This document shows positions 8,492 to 22,912 of a DNA stretch of 64,000 nt, piece after piece (the first letter of the stretch is position 1; every line of letters starts with the position of its first letter). The notes under the pieces were generated by a model. The model had not been told where the DNA came from and ran no database searches. It saw only the letters and a list, made by a program, of their open reading frames with translations. A program made the translations under genes and the position numbers. This DNA comes from Thermoplasmatota archaeon. Its GTDB lineage: Archaea; Thermoplasmatota; Penumbrarchaeia; Penumbrarchaeales; Penumbrarchaeaceae. The stretch covers positions 5,596-69,595 of the forward strand of contig JALOTP010000005.1 of the NCBI GenBank assembly GCA_025457865.1. The letters run 5' to 3'.

Positions 8492-8911
8492 ATGACCCTC
8501 ACCGACAGGTTAAAGGAAAGCTGGAAGGAATTCTGGCAGAAGGACAAGAGGATCAAGCTCTTCACAATAGGTTTCACTGGTATGGTCCTTTTCCTTCTCG
8601 GTGGTTGGGAGCTTCTCTCATTCTTCGAGATCGACCCTTTCACGGATTACGAACCTCCCTTGTTGATCAAGATAGAGGAGTGGGGTTGGGCCCTTCTTGC
8701 GGTAGGGGGAATAATGATGATATTCGGATTCCTCTACTACCACGATTATAACAAGAGCTTCAAGAGGTACAACGAGCTCATGGATACCGATTCGAAGGCC
8801 CTTTTCATAAGGAACATAGAGGAGATAGAGCAGCTGGCACTGGAGCTAGGCCCCGATTTCGAAAGACGGGTCGTGGAGAGGCGCGAGAAGTTCAAGGTCA
8901 AGACGCGCTGA
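8492..8911 (+). CDS. Two-TM membrane protein, DUF3198-like
   Basis: Two hydrophobic helices, then ELMDTDSKALFIRNIEEIEQLA, recalled as a Thermoplasmata DUF3198 pattern. Confidence 0.7.
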   Translation: MTLTDRLKESWKEFWQKDKRIKLFTIGFTGMVLFLLGGWELLSFFEIDPFTDYEPPLLIKIEEWGWALLAVGGIMMIFGFLYYHDYNKSFKRYNELMDTDSKALFIRNIEEIEQLALELGPDFERRVVERREKFKVKTR

Positions 8912-8943
8912 ACAAAAGGTTTTTTACCATGATCAAGTGATTT

Positions 8944-9340
8944 ATGGGTGGTGGTCCTATGGTCGCATACTGCAATGACTGCAATAGATATGTGAACCAA
9001 TACTGTGAGATATGCAGCGGTAACTTCGGTGTCCAGCTCTGCGACAGGTACGGATGCGGTGGCAAGATGCTCTGCCCGATATGCGGAGGGAACAACCTTT
9101 CCCAGAAGCGGGAACCCACGCCCGACCCCTATGATTTCAAGAGACAGAAGGACCGGCCCCTATCATCGCGGGGATCTCATTCCGATATCGAGGCTCGATA
9201 TTTTGCCGAAAAGAAACAGAAGGAGGAGGTTCCTGGTAAAGCCCTTCAGCCAATGAAGAAAGCTGAGAGGCACTGCCCGCTTTGCGGTTATGACCTCAAT
9301 GTATCATGGAAGTTCTGTCCTGAGTGCGGTGTGTCCCTGA

Positions 9341-9351
<11 letters not shown>
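8944..9351 (+). CDS. Multi zinc-ribbon protein
   Basis: CNDC/CEIC/CDRYGC/CPIC at N-terminus and CPLC...CPEC at C-terminus. Confidence 0.75.
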
Positions 9352-13934
<4,583 letters not shown>

Positions 13935-14013
13935 CTATTCCATATTCCTTCCTTGAACTCGCGCCCAGGTGCATCCCTTTTGCATTGGACCTTAATATGA
14001 TAATGAATGCGGG

Positions 14014-14046
14014 GTATATAAAGCCATCGCGTGCGCGCGCGCGCGT
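14014..14046. promoter_or_regulatory. Putative gyrBA TATA box with adjacent 19-bp alternating pyrimidine-purine tract
   Basis: Minus-strand CTTTATATAC at 14023-14014; CGCGTGCGCGCGCGCGCGT at 14028-14046. Confidence 0.65.
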
Positions 14047-14112
14047 TACTAGTATAAGATGACGATCAAACACCCTGATAGTTTTAAATGGAGCTATCAC
14101 TTCACCCCGCCG

Positions 14113-15813
14113 ATGCGGGACAGGATCAGAGCATATGCACTCCAGAATGCCGTTGAACATAAGGGCAGGGCAAGCATAGGACCGGTCATTGGTAAGGTCA
14201 TAGGAGCTATTCCCGAGCTTAAAACGGACCCTAAGGCCGCTTCTCTCCTTGTCAAGGAGATCGTTGACGAGGTCAACTCCCTCGGATTGGATGAACAAAT
14301 TAGGGCTTTGAACGAACTCGGCGCCCCTATCAAAGCTATGAAAAAGGAAAGGGGAGACCTGCTGCCTGACCTGGAGGGGGGCTTGGAGGGTAAAGTGGTC
14401 ATGAGGTTCGCTCCGGGCCCATCGGGTCCTCTGCATATAGGACATACGAGGGCTGCCATTCTTAACGATGAATATGTTAAAAGGTACAAGGGGCGCTTCA
14501 TTCTCCGTCTGGAAGATACGAACCCCGAAAAGCTAGAACCTGAAGCATATACAATGATCCCTGAGGATCTAGAATGGTTGGGGATAGAGGTCCATGAGTC
14601 CTTCGTCCAATCCGATAGAATGGAACTCTATTATGACGCTGTCAGGGAACTGATAAACGTAGGGGGGGCCTACGTCTGCACTTCCGACACCGAAGTTTGG
14701 AGGTCGCTCAAGGAGAGTGGACATCCTGTGGAAGACAGGGGTTTGCCCCCAGATGTCCATATGGACCGTTGGGATAAGATGCTTGATGGGACCTATAACG
14801 AGGGGGAGGCCTTCCTCGTTATCAAGACTGACCTAAACCACCCAAACCCTGCGGTCAGGGATTTTGTAGGGATGCGTCTCAGGGACGAACCCCATCCCCG
14901 AACGGGGAACCGTTACAGAGCGTATCCACTTTACAATCTCTCGGTAGCCTTCGATGACCATTTGATGGGTTGTACACACATCCTGAGGGGCAAGGACCAT
15001 CTGAACAATACCCTCAAGCAGGAATATATATACGATTATTTGGGGTGGAAAAGACCCCACTTCCTCCATTACGGCCTGGTCAGCATTCCGGATACGCTCC
15101 TGAAGAAATCCCTCATTGCTCAGGAAAGGAGAGAGGGAAGGATAGAAGGCTGGGACGATATCCGTCTCGGAACCCTTCGGGCATTGAAGGCCCGTGGTTT
15201 CGACCCTCTATCATTGAGACGCTACTGGCTCGATGTGGGTATAAAACCTGTCGATATTAACTTCTCCTGGGAGACCCTCAGCGCAATCAATAAGGTGGTC
15301 ATTGACGATAGGACAAATAGATACTTCTTCGTGGGATCGCCCAGACTCCTGTCCGTTGCTGTCGATAGGCCCCTTGAGGCCTCCATACCGCTCCATCCAG
15401 AGCATCCCGAGAGAGGTGCCAGGAAGTACAAGCTTGACCCTATCAATGGGAAGATAATGGTCCTAGTTGCCGAAAAGGACCTGAAAGAGCAGAAGAAGGG
15501 GGTTGTCTTCAGGTTGAAGGACCTATGCAACATCATCCTCGAAACGGATGGGGGATCAGAAGCTTCCTATGCTGGCCAGGACCTCTCGAGCGTCAAAGGG
15601 GAGCGGGGACGGATAATCCAATGGTGCCTTCCGGGCTCTCCTAGATGCACTATATTATACCCTGAAGATAATATGGGGCCAAATGAAGGGGTCGCTGAGG
15701 GGTTTGTCGTAGAGGAGGGGAGAAAGGGCTCCCTTGTGCAGTTCGAAAGGGTGGGTTTCTGCAAGGTCTGGCTTAAGGGTGAAGAGCTCTATGCCAACTA
15801 CGGTCACAAATGA
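14113..15813 (+). CDS. gltX: Glutamate--tRNA ligase (archaeal type)
   Basis: MRFAPGPSGPLHIGH, LRLEDTN, THILRGKDH, GWDDIRLGT, VQFERVGF; TTTTAAAT 24 nt before ATG 14113 supports this start (ORF track start 14059). Confidence 0.97.
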   Translation: MRDRIRAYALQNAVEHKGRASIGPVIGKVIGAIPELKTDPKAASLLVKEIVDEVNSLGLDEQIRALNELGAPIKAMKKERGDLLPDLEGGLEGKVVMRFAPGPSGPLHIGHTRAAILNDEYVKRYKGRFILRLEDTNPEKLEPEAYTMIPEDLEWLGIEVHESFVQSDRMELYYDAVRELINVGGAYVCTSDTEVWRSLKESGHPVEDRGLPPDVHMDRWDKMLDGTYNEGEAFLVIKTDLNHPNPAVRDFVGMRLRDEPHPRTGNRYRAYPLYNLSVAFDDHLMGCTHILRGKDHLNNTLKQEYIYDYLGWKRPHFLHYGLVSIPDTLLKKSLIAQERREGRIEGWDDIRLGTLRALKARGFDPLSLRRYWLDVGIKPVDINFSWETLSAINKVVIDDRTNRYFFVGSPRLLSVAVDRPLEASIPLHPEHPERGARKYKLDPINGKIMVLVAEKDLKEQKKGVVFRLKDLCNIILETDGGSEASYAGQDLSSVKGERGRIIQWCLPGSPRCTILYPEDNMGPNEGVAEGFVVEEGRKGSLVQFERVGFCKVWLKGEELYANYGHK

Positions 15814-15884
15814 TGTCCTTTTAGAGGAAATCCATGGGACATCCCTTCTACGGGATTATATCCTTCCAGCAAGGATTCTAACAT

Positions 15885-15992
15885 ATGGAGCGCAAGGTCC
15901 CATCGATACCCTTGGATTTCGATTTCATAGAGCTGGTCAGGAAAGCCTCCCTGGTCAGGAAGGGACTGCTTGACGACCTTGATCTGAAGTAG
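15885..15992 (+). CDS. Possible 35-aa small protein
   Basis: MERKVPSIPLDFDFIELVRKASLVRKGLLDDLDLK fills the gltX-IMPase gap, with a GATTATAT element upstream; no recognised family. Confidence 0.3.
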   Translation: MERKVPSIPLDFDFIELVRKASLVRKGLLDDLDLK

Positions 15993-16071
15993 GTCCCAAC
16001 CTCAAGAAATGGTCTCCCCCGACCCCCACCAATGGAAACCATTATTCCATAGAAGGGCTGTTATCTACTGG

Positions 16072-16902
16072 ATGGACCAGATGGAGTTGCTCTTCCAGAT
16101 ATCCAGTAAGGTGCTGAGGGATGCCACTGCTTTAAAATTGAACGGACGGACAGATGGGGGAGAGGGGTCGGACCTTCGGGTCCCGGGGTCCACCCCGCAG
16201 GATAATATTCTGGAATCCTCAATAATAGAGCTGGTGAGGGAACGGTCCACCGGTTGGGGTGTCATTTCCGAAGAGGGACTGCTTGAGAAGGGGGATGGAA
16301 CCACGGTGCTTTACATGGACCCCCTTGATGGAAGCTACAATGCTGTCAACCAGATACCATTCTTCTCCACCTCCCTTGCTCTCTTCGATGTTGGGTCCGA
16401 GGAGGTTACACATGCAATGGTCATTGAGATCCCAACCGGAAGGATCTATCATAGCATGCTCGGTTCCGGGACCTACATGGACAATATCAGGCTCCATACC
16501 AGGGACCGCGATTTGAAAGATGCTGCACTATCTGTCTATATAGGGTCCGAGAGCATCACACAAATAGAGGGGATTGTCAACGGTGTTAGGAGGATCAGGT
16601 ACCTGGGATGCGATTCCCTGGAGATGTGCTCTGTCGCCCAGGGATCGCTGGACGGTACACTATACTTCGGGCGGATACCAAGGAAGACCGATATTGCCGC
16701 CTCGATGCTTATCGTAAGAGAATCCGGAGGGGAGGTGTTCTCGGTCCTGAAAGAGGGGGGGAGCAAGACCTGCAGGCTTGGTGACCCGTGGGGGGACTTG
16801 AAAGGGATCGTCTCACTAGGAAGGCCTGCGAACATTCAAATGCTCCTTCCCCTTTATTGCGGGCTATCACAGGGAATAAACGCGGGGGATGATAGCACAT
16901 GA
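16072..16902 (+). CDS. Inositol monophosphatase/FBPase family protein (possible NADP phosphatase)
   Basis: ISEEG, DPLDGSYN, RYLGCDSLE, DIAAS; 4-nt overlap with the NAD kinase gene. Confidence 0.88.
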   Translation: MDQMELLFQISSKVLRDATALKLNGRTDGGEGSDLRVPGSTPQDNILESSIIELVRERSTGWGVISEEGLLEKGDGTTVLYMDPLDGSYNAVNQIPFFSTSLALFDVGSEEVTHAMVIEIPTGRIYHSMLGSGTYMDNIRLHTRDRDLKDAALSVYIGSESITQIEGIVNGVRRIRYLGCDSLEMCSVAQGSLDGTLYFGRIPRKTDIAASMLIVRESGGEVFSVLKEGGSKTCRLGDPWGDLKGIVSLGRPANIQMLLPLYCGLSQGINAGDDST

Positions 16903-17762
16903 GGATCGGTGTGGTGGCCCACCCCAGGAAGAACATTGCCCGACTAACGAAGATGGAGATAATCAAGGAAACAGCCTTTTTAGTCTCGCAAGGGGCGGAT
17001 ATCGAGCTTGTGGTAGAGGAGGGGCTATCCAGAGGACGCGATTTCACCGGAATCCGTTACCAATGTGTAAGGGATATGGATGTGGACCTTGTGATCTGTA
17101 TCGGCGGGGATGGTACGATCCTCAGGACCATGCAATTAACGTCCGTACCAGTCCTGGGTTTGAACGCCGGCTCGCTTGGTTTCCTCATGGAACCTTACCC
17201 TTCCAATATCAGAGCGCTATTGGAAGACCTCCTTAACGATCGATTCATTGTCGAAGAGCGCACCAAACTATCAACTGTTTTGAACGATGAACGGCTGCCG
17301 GACGCGGTCAATGAAGCTGTCGTTATGACCGGAACTCCGTCAAAGATCCAAGACCTCGTGATAAGCATAAATGGTGAACAGGGACTGGCAATGAGGGCGG
17401 ACGGTGTTATTGTTTCGACACCAACAGGGTCGACAAGCTATGCTTTGTCCGCAGGTGGGTCCATAATCGACCCACGATTGCCAGCGTTAGAGATCGTCCC
17501 CATTGCGCCGTTCAGGGTAAATATCCGGCCCCTTACAGTTCCTGACAATTTTAAGATAGACCTCAAGGTCATACATAGGTCTAGGTCGGCAATCATCTCC
17601 ATCGATGGGAATTATAAAAGGAGGATAAATTACAGGGATCGCCTCTCGTTCACTCGTTCGGGGTCTCCTGCGCGTTTTATCAGGTTCGAGGGTGGTTTTT
17701 ACAAGCGATTGAACGAAAAAATCCTGAACTATGTCCATTCCCCGAAGGAAACTTTGATATAA
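16899..17762 (+). CDS. nadK: NAD(+) kinase
   Basis: IGGDGTIL, NAGSLGFL, AVNE, ADGVIVSTPTGSTSYALSAGG. Confidence 0.96.
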   Translation: MRIGVVAHPRKNIARLTKMEIIKETAFLVSQGADIELVVEEGLSRGRDFTGIRYQCVRDMDVDLVICIGGDGTILRTMQLTSVPVLGLNAGSLGFLMEPYPSNIRALLEDLLNDRFIVEERTKLSTVLNDERLPDAVNEAVVMTGTPSKIQDLVISINGEQGLAMRADGVIVSTPTGSTSYALSAGGSIIDPRLPALEIVPIAPFRVNIRPLTVPDNFKIDLKVIHRSRSAIISIDGNYKRRINYRDRLSFTRSGSPARFIRFEGGFYKRLNEKILNYVHSPKETLI

Positions 17763-17782
17763 TAACGAAACATTACAACTGA

Positions 17783-18583
17783 TTGTTGTATAGTAAAACT
17801 GGACAAGAATCTCAAAATGACCTTGATGTGATACTCTCTGTTCTGGAGAATCCCATCAGAAGGCGGATACTACGTAAGTTGGCCCATGAGAATAATTACC
17901 CTCTTCAGCTCTCAAAAGAACTTAATGTCAGTCAGCAGGCCGTTATGAAGCACCTGAAGGTCCTTGAAGAGAGCGATTTCGTCGTATCTTACGATGAACC
18001 TTCCAAAAAGGGTGGTCCTCCCAGACGGGTCTTTACTCCTAGGAAGAGATACTGTATTCGGATCGACATTGGCCCGAACACCTATAGCGAAGAGATACAA
18101 TCTTACAAGAACTATGATATCGGAAAGGAAGACACGGACCATGAAGGGGTAATTGACCAACTTAAAATCGAGATCTCGGGCAAGGTCACTGGGGAGATGA
18201 GGTCCGAGATAGCTGGAACTCTTCCCGCCTTCATAGATCCCAAGCTCGAGACCATACGACTCCATCTTGAAAGAGTGATCAAAGAAGAGAATAGGAGAAG
18301 CAAGTTCCTTGACCTTTCTAACCTTTTAATCGCTTGTGATCGGGAGATCACTCAACTTGAGGATAGAAGGAGACGCTTGATAGCACTTAGGGAGAGGGCA
18401 AATGAAGAAGCTAACGTCCTTATAAGCAATATTTCCGATGATCCTTTGGATAAAGAGGTCCTCCTGCATCTCTTAAAAAACAAGGATTTGGATATAGCTA
18501 GGTTATCTGATATAATTGGAGCAGATGAAAAAGCTCTGGAATCCCTTTTTAAAGCGGTAAAGAAAAGACATTTTTTATTATAG
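17783..18583 (+). CDS. ArsR-type winged HTH regulator with coiled coil
   Basis: LENPIRRRIL...LSKELNVSQQAVMKHLKVLEE...GGPPRRVF. Confidence 0.88.
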   Translation: MLYSKTGQESQNDLDVILSVLENPIRRRILRKLAHENNYPLQLSKELNVSQQAVMKHLKVLEESDFVVSYDEPSKKGGPPRRVFTPRKRYCIRIDIGPNTYSEEIQSYKNYDIGKEDTDHEGVIDQLKIEISGKVTGEMRSEIAGTLPAFIDPKLETIRLHLERVIKEENRRSKFLDLSNLLIACDREITQLEDRRRRLIALRERANEEANVLISNISDDPLDKEVLLHLLKNKDLDIARLSDIIGADEKALESLFKAVKKRHFLL

Positions 18584-18593
18584 GGAAAAATAA

Positions 18594-18902
18594 CCCCCCC
18601 CCATAATTGCTAATGGAACTATCGTGAACACATTAAAAGATTATGTTGAACATGATTTGAGGAAGAACACATACTGTCGGTTATGATTTGACGGAGGAAT
18701 CATGCAATATCTAAAGAACGCACTTTACCAATGGAGATATGATAGTTATAATAATAATAATATATAAATATATCTATATATATATATATATAAATATTAT
18801 TAGTATAAATATTCATCTGTTTATTTAAATACAATATTAATTAATTAAAAAATAAATACGTATAAATCAACAAAATACAAGTTCCAATGGAAATGGTTGG
18901 GT
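18594..18902. other. Putative chromosomal replication origin (ORB elements plus AT-rich DUE)
   Basis: GTTCCAATGGAAATGGTTGGGT (18881-18902,+), GTTCCATTAGCAATTATGGGGGGGGG (18619-18594,-), TACCAATGGAGAT (18726-18738,+); only 13 G/C in 18741-18880. Confidence 0.72.
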
Positions 18903-18951
18903 CTCTCTCTTATTAAACATCCTTTTCATCCTTGGATCATTCAAAATATAA

Positions 18952-20079
18952 TTATTGACCGTTATTCTTTTTTATTATATAATCATATTTAATTAAAAGA
19001 TCACAATTGATAACATCCCAAGACCTCGTTTTTGAGAATTCAATGGCATTATTCTTTAATTCGTATCGTAATGTTAGATCATTAAGCAATCTTTTACAAT
19101 TCTCAACGAACGAATCCACATCATCAGATATCGATACCAACCCCCCCTTCGATCCGTTAACCAATTCTTGGCATCCTCCTTTATCCGAAACGATGCATGG
19201 AAGCCCCGAGGCCATAGCTTCCAATACTACATTTCCAAATGTTTCTGTGGTAGATGGGAACAGAAAGATGTCAGAACTAGCATACGCCTCATAAAGGTCC
19301 ACCCCGGTCAGGTACCCCGGAAAGACGGCTTCCGGCATTCTTTCCTTCAAACGATGCTCTTCAGGACCCGATCCGATCACAAGGAACTTTATCTGCATCC
19401 CATACTCTCTCATCATCCTTTCATATGTGGATATCAGAACATCCAATCCCTTATAATGAACGAACCGACCCGAGAAGAGATAGACAACTTCGTTTCCGAT
19501 GCCGTGCTTTTTTCTGAAATCGGATGACCTGTTCGATGGATTGTACCTCTCGTTGTGGATCCCACGGGACCAGAGGCCTGTTCTCTTGACCCCCCTTTCC
19601 TTCAACATTGCTTCTATTTTTTTTGTAGGCGCCAGTACAATATCACAAGCATTGTAGAAATGCTTGAGATAGGACCATAGCAATGGTTTGAGAAAACCTA
19701 CATGATAATACCTCATGTAGGATGGGAAGTCGGTATGGAAAACGCTTGAAACAGGTAATTTCCTCTTTCTACCGTACCGTAAGAATCCCAGACCGGCTAT
19801 GTCAGGGGTCGAAATATGAATGATGTCCGGATCGAATTCATCGAGTTCTTTGGCATTCCTCGGTCGAAAAAAACCGAACCTGTACGCGGGATAGGCGAAC
19901 ACTGGCAACGATGGTGTGATATTCACCCTATGTTCCTTCGCCACATCCTCTGGGACATCCGAGGACCAGATGGCCATCTCATGTCCTTCCTTAGAGATGG
20001 TGCTAACGAGCTCATGTAGGGTCTTTGCTACCCCATCTTTGTTCGGGACGAACGTTGCTGCATATATTGCAATACGCAA
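18952..20079 (-). CDS. GT4 family glycosyltransferase
   Basis: RIAIY..TF.P..DGV, FHTDF, SGRFVHYKG, FPSTTETFGNVVLEAMASGLP; ORF extends up to 20109. Confidence 0.93.
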   Translation of the reverse strand: MRIAIYAATFVPNKDGVAKTLHELVSTISKEGHEMAIWSSDVPEDVAKEHRVNITPSLPVFAYPAYRFGFFRPRNAKELDEFDPDIIHISTPDIAGLGFLRYGRKRKLPVSSVFHTDFPSYMRYYHVGFLKPLLWSYLKHFYNACDIVLAPTKKIEAMLKERGVKRTGLWSRGIHNERYNPSNRSSDFRKKHGIGNEVVYLFSGRFVHYKGLDVLISTYERMMREYGMQIKFLVIGSGPEEHRLKERMPEAVFPGYLTGVDLYEAYASSDIFLFPSTTETFGNVVLEAMASGLPCIVSDKGGCQELVNGSKGGLVSISDDVDSFVENCKRLLNDLTLRYELKNNAIEFSKTRSWDVINCDLLIKYDYIIKKNNGQ

Positions 20080-20245
20080 GTAGTAACCATCCTGAAGAAC
20101 ATAACTCAATGAACCTAATTAACAATTCCCGTTGATAATCATAGATGAGTTAAATAAGGTTATAGTTGAGAGAAAATTGCCGCGTTACTTATGAACCATA
20201 TGGCCCATATCCAGGATGGGGTAGACAATACAGATGAAAAAAGAA

Positions 20246-20321
20246 TGGTGCGGATGCCGGGATTTGAACCCGAGCAAGTAGCTTGGGAAGCTACGGTCCT
20301 ACCGGGCTAGACCACATCCGC
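20246..20321 (-). tRNA. tRNA-Gly(CCC), CCA encoded
   Basis: Reverse complement GCGGATG...GTAGC-TT-CCC-AA-GCTAC...GGTTCAAATCC...CATCCGC-A-CCA. Confidence 0.97.
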
Positions 20322-20371
20322 TTGGATCAAAGGCCACAATATGGGAGTATCATATATCCTTTTCTGGTCCT

Positions 20372-20695
20372 CTATACCCCCTCATCTCCTTGTGCCTTCT
20401 GCTTGAGCCTTTTCAATCTCTCCTTTGAGGTGAATCCCGTCGCCTCTTCCAGGAACATGTTCCTTTTCTTCATTGTGTCTAGGACCATTTCTTCTGGTAT
20501 CTTGACCGTAACGATCTCAACTGCAAGCTCTTTCTTCGAAACCATCTTGGCCCTGATAGGTTGCATGGCACCGTATCGAGATATGCGCCAACCGTCAGCG
20601 ACCTCACAGTTACCGAAGACGGTCATCATAAGCAGATTGAGCCGATCTCCTTCGACCTTGGAATGGTTCCCCCTTTTAATGTCATAATTCTCCAT
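20372..20695 (-). CDS. DUF5611-like conserved archaeal protein
   Basis: YDIKRG...YGAM...NMFLEEATGFTSKER pattern. Confidence 0.75.
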   Translation of the reverse strand: MENYDIKRGNHSKVEGDRLNLLMMTVFGNCEVADGWRISRYGAMQPIRAKMVSKKELAVEIVTVKIPEEMVLDTMKKRNMFLEEATGFTSKERLKRLKQKAQGDEGV

Positions 20696-20819
20696 AATAG
20701 GTCCACCGTCACCTCAAGGGAGGACCCGGTCTTAAGTCTTTTTCTGTTGGGGTGTTCAAGGTAACGCGCGATCATCTTTATTCAAAGCCCAACGATTAGT
20801 TTAGGGGTAATGATCGATA

Positions 20820-21764
20820 TCATTCCCTGATCCCTTCCTCCATTATGGAGAAGACAGCCTCTCCTTCTGGGAGGTTCGGGGAATCGATCAGTCGTGCGAT
20901 CCTTCTGTTCCCCTTGGATTTTCTAAGATATACCCTAAAGGTGGATGAATGGGCAAGGACGTGACCGCCGATAGCCCGTGTGGGATCTCCGAAGAACGCA
21001 TCAGGCTTTGATGAGACCTGGTTCGTCACTGCCACCACGGCCTTGTTGATATCCGCGAATTGCATGATAGAATGAAGGTGTTTGTTCAACTTCTGCTGTC
21101 TCTCCGCAAGAGACCCTCTCCCTATGTACTCGGCCCTGAAATGTGAGGTAAGGGAATCCATTATCAGGAGCTTTATTGGGAATTCCTTGGTTATCTCCTT
21201 CGCTTTTTCTATCAGAAGCATCTGATGATGTGAGTTGAAGGCCCTAGCAACATGTATCGTCTTTAGAACCTCGTTCGGGTCCAAGTCCAAACCATTGGCC
21301 ATCTGGATTATCCTCTCGGGTCGGAAGGTGTTCTCGGTATCGATGAAGACCGTATGCCCTGAAAGACCCCCCTCATCCTCGCCCCTCGTGATGTTCACAC
21401 AAAGTTGGTGGGTGATCTGCGTCTTTCCTGATCCGAACTCGCCGTAGAACTCGGTGATTGCGCAAGTCTCTAGACCGCCACCGAGAAGGGTATCTAGGGC
21501 TTTTGATCCCGTGGTCACCTTGAACGCGGCATTCCTCTGCTCCATTATCACATCCCCCGTAAGGAAACCCCCAACATCGGCGAGTTTCTTTGCGGCAGCA
21601 ATGATCTTGTTCGCTGTCGCTTCACCGATCTCGGCCGCCTCTATCAGGGCGGAGGGGGATGAGACCGCTATGGACATAAGATCGTCGAAGCCCGCTTCTC
21701 TTAGTTTCTCTGCTGTTGCTGGCCCTACACCCGGAAGCTCTTCGACTGATTTTTCATCGTTCAT
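20820..21764 (-). CDS. radA: DNA repair and recombination protein RadA
   Basis: N-terminal Hh[13 protein letters not shown], Walker [31 protein letters not shown]. Confidence 0.98.
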   Translation of the reverse strand: MNDEKSVEELPGVGPATAEKLREAGFDDLMSIAVSSPSALIEAAEIGEATANKIIAAAKKLADVGGFLTGDVIMEQRNAAFKVTTGSKALDTLLGGGLETCAITEFYGEFGSGKTQITHQLCVNITRGEDEGGLSGHTVFIDTENTFRPERIIQMANGLDLDPNEVLKTIHVARAFNSHHQMLLIEKAKEITKEFPIKLLIMDSLTSHFRAEYIGRGSLAERQQKLNKHLHSIMQFADINKAVVAVTNQVSSKPDAFFGDPTRAIGGHVLAHSSTFRVYLRKSKGNRRIARLIDSPNLPEGEAVFSIMEEGIRE

Positions 21765-21853
21765 TCGATCACCTATTAGGGATTAGCCGACCTGCTGTGG
21801 AAAGATATAAACCTTGGGAGGGAGGGGGGAATTGCGAAAGTGACGCTATTTGC

Positions 21854-22912
21854 TCAGACCCCTGAAAGGAACTCGTCCACAAGAGGCAGATAATCAAGGT
21901 GTTTGAAGGTGGTCGTATCCTTTGGCGAGAACAGGCGGATCATGGGCTCTCCCCTGACCCTGCAGAACTTGTTCATGGCCGTTGTATACTTGTCGCGGCT
22001 CTCGGAGAACTGACGGAAATCCTGGAATAGGGACAGTGAGACGGTCTCGTAATTGCCGTAGACCGAGAAGAAGCTCGGTAGGTTGAGGTGCTGGATATCA
22101 GGAGCCGAACGGGTCGATCCCTTGAATTTGTCGTAATGTGCCTCGACAAGGCAGAGTATATCGAATCCTATCTTCGTATAGTCTATCACTCGCAGCTTCT
22201 TTATGACATTGAGCTCCAAGAGTTCTTTCTTATGTCGGGCGACCGCTTGTCTGGTCGTATCGAGCATATTTGCGATCTTGTTATCAGGCAGGTCGGGGTA
22301 CTGGAGCAGACCTTTCATGATCACCTTTTCCTTCTTGGTGAGGTGGTAAACCTTCTCCCTTGTGAGCTCAGGGTCCGGGGCCTTTTGCGCCCGCCCAGTT
22401 TCCTTGCTATCGAGGTCGAAGATACGTTCGAGCACGGTGGTATAATCGAAGTTCTTGTTGACCTTGGAGAGGGTCAGCGGATAGAGAGTGGTATGGATCT
22501 GGTCCACATCAAGAAGGTCCTTGTCCGAAAGAGCGGTCATGATCCCATGGTCGACCTTTCTGTAGGATGTGTAATCCTTATTGAGCGAGATATAGAATAA
22601 CGTATCCCCCAATATCTGGGAAGAGTATATGCTCGGCCATCGACCAAAGGCATCCGTCATGCCATCCGTCTCTTTTTTCGTCATCGTTGGAACGTTCATG
22701 GGTGCCCAGGTAATGGAAAGGAGCTCGTACCCCATCACTTCGATATTTGGAACTATCCTGTCGGTTATTAGTCCCATCCTCTTCATCTTGTTCTTTATGG
22801 CGTTCAATGTGGACATGCGTACCCCGACAAGCTCGGATAGCTGCCTGTCGTTCAGCATCGGAAATTTGACGAGACCCCAAAGGATCATCTTTTCATTGCG
22901 CGATAACTTCAT
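21854..22912 (-). CDS. Tandem-duplicated AsnC/Lrp-type HTH regulator
   Basis: Two repeats, LSRNEKMILWGLVKFPMLNDRQLS and LTKKEKVIMKGLLQYPDLPDNKIA, each followed by a GY/GF-led RAM-like segment. Confidence 0.75.
   Translation of the reverse strand: MKLSRNEKMILWGLVKFPMLNDRQLSELVGVRMSTLNAIKNKMKRMGLITDRIVPNIEVMGYELLSITWAPMNVPTMTKKETDGMTDAFGRWPSIYSSQILGDTLFYISLNKDYTSYRKVDHGIMTALSDKDLLDVDQIHTTLYPLTLSKVNKNFDYTTVLERIFDLDSKETGRAQKAPDPELTREKVYHLTKKEKVIMKGLLQYPDLPDNKIANMLDTTRQAVARHKKELLELNVIKKLRVIDYTKIGFDILCLVEAHYDKFKGSTRSAPDIQHLNLPSFFSVYGNYETVSLSLFQDFRQFSESRDKYTTAMNKFCRVRGEPMIRLFSPKDTTTFKHLDYLPLVDEFLSGV

Noticed and set aside
8398..8643. 81-aa minus-strand ORF
   Set aside because: Antisense to the DUF3198-like gene and spans promoter DNA; no protein-like features
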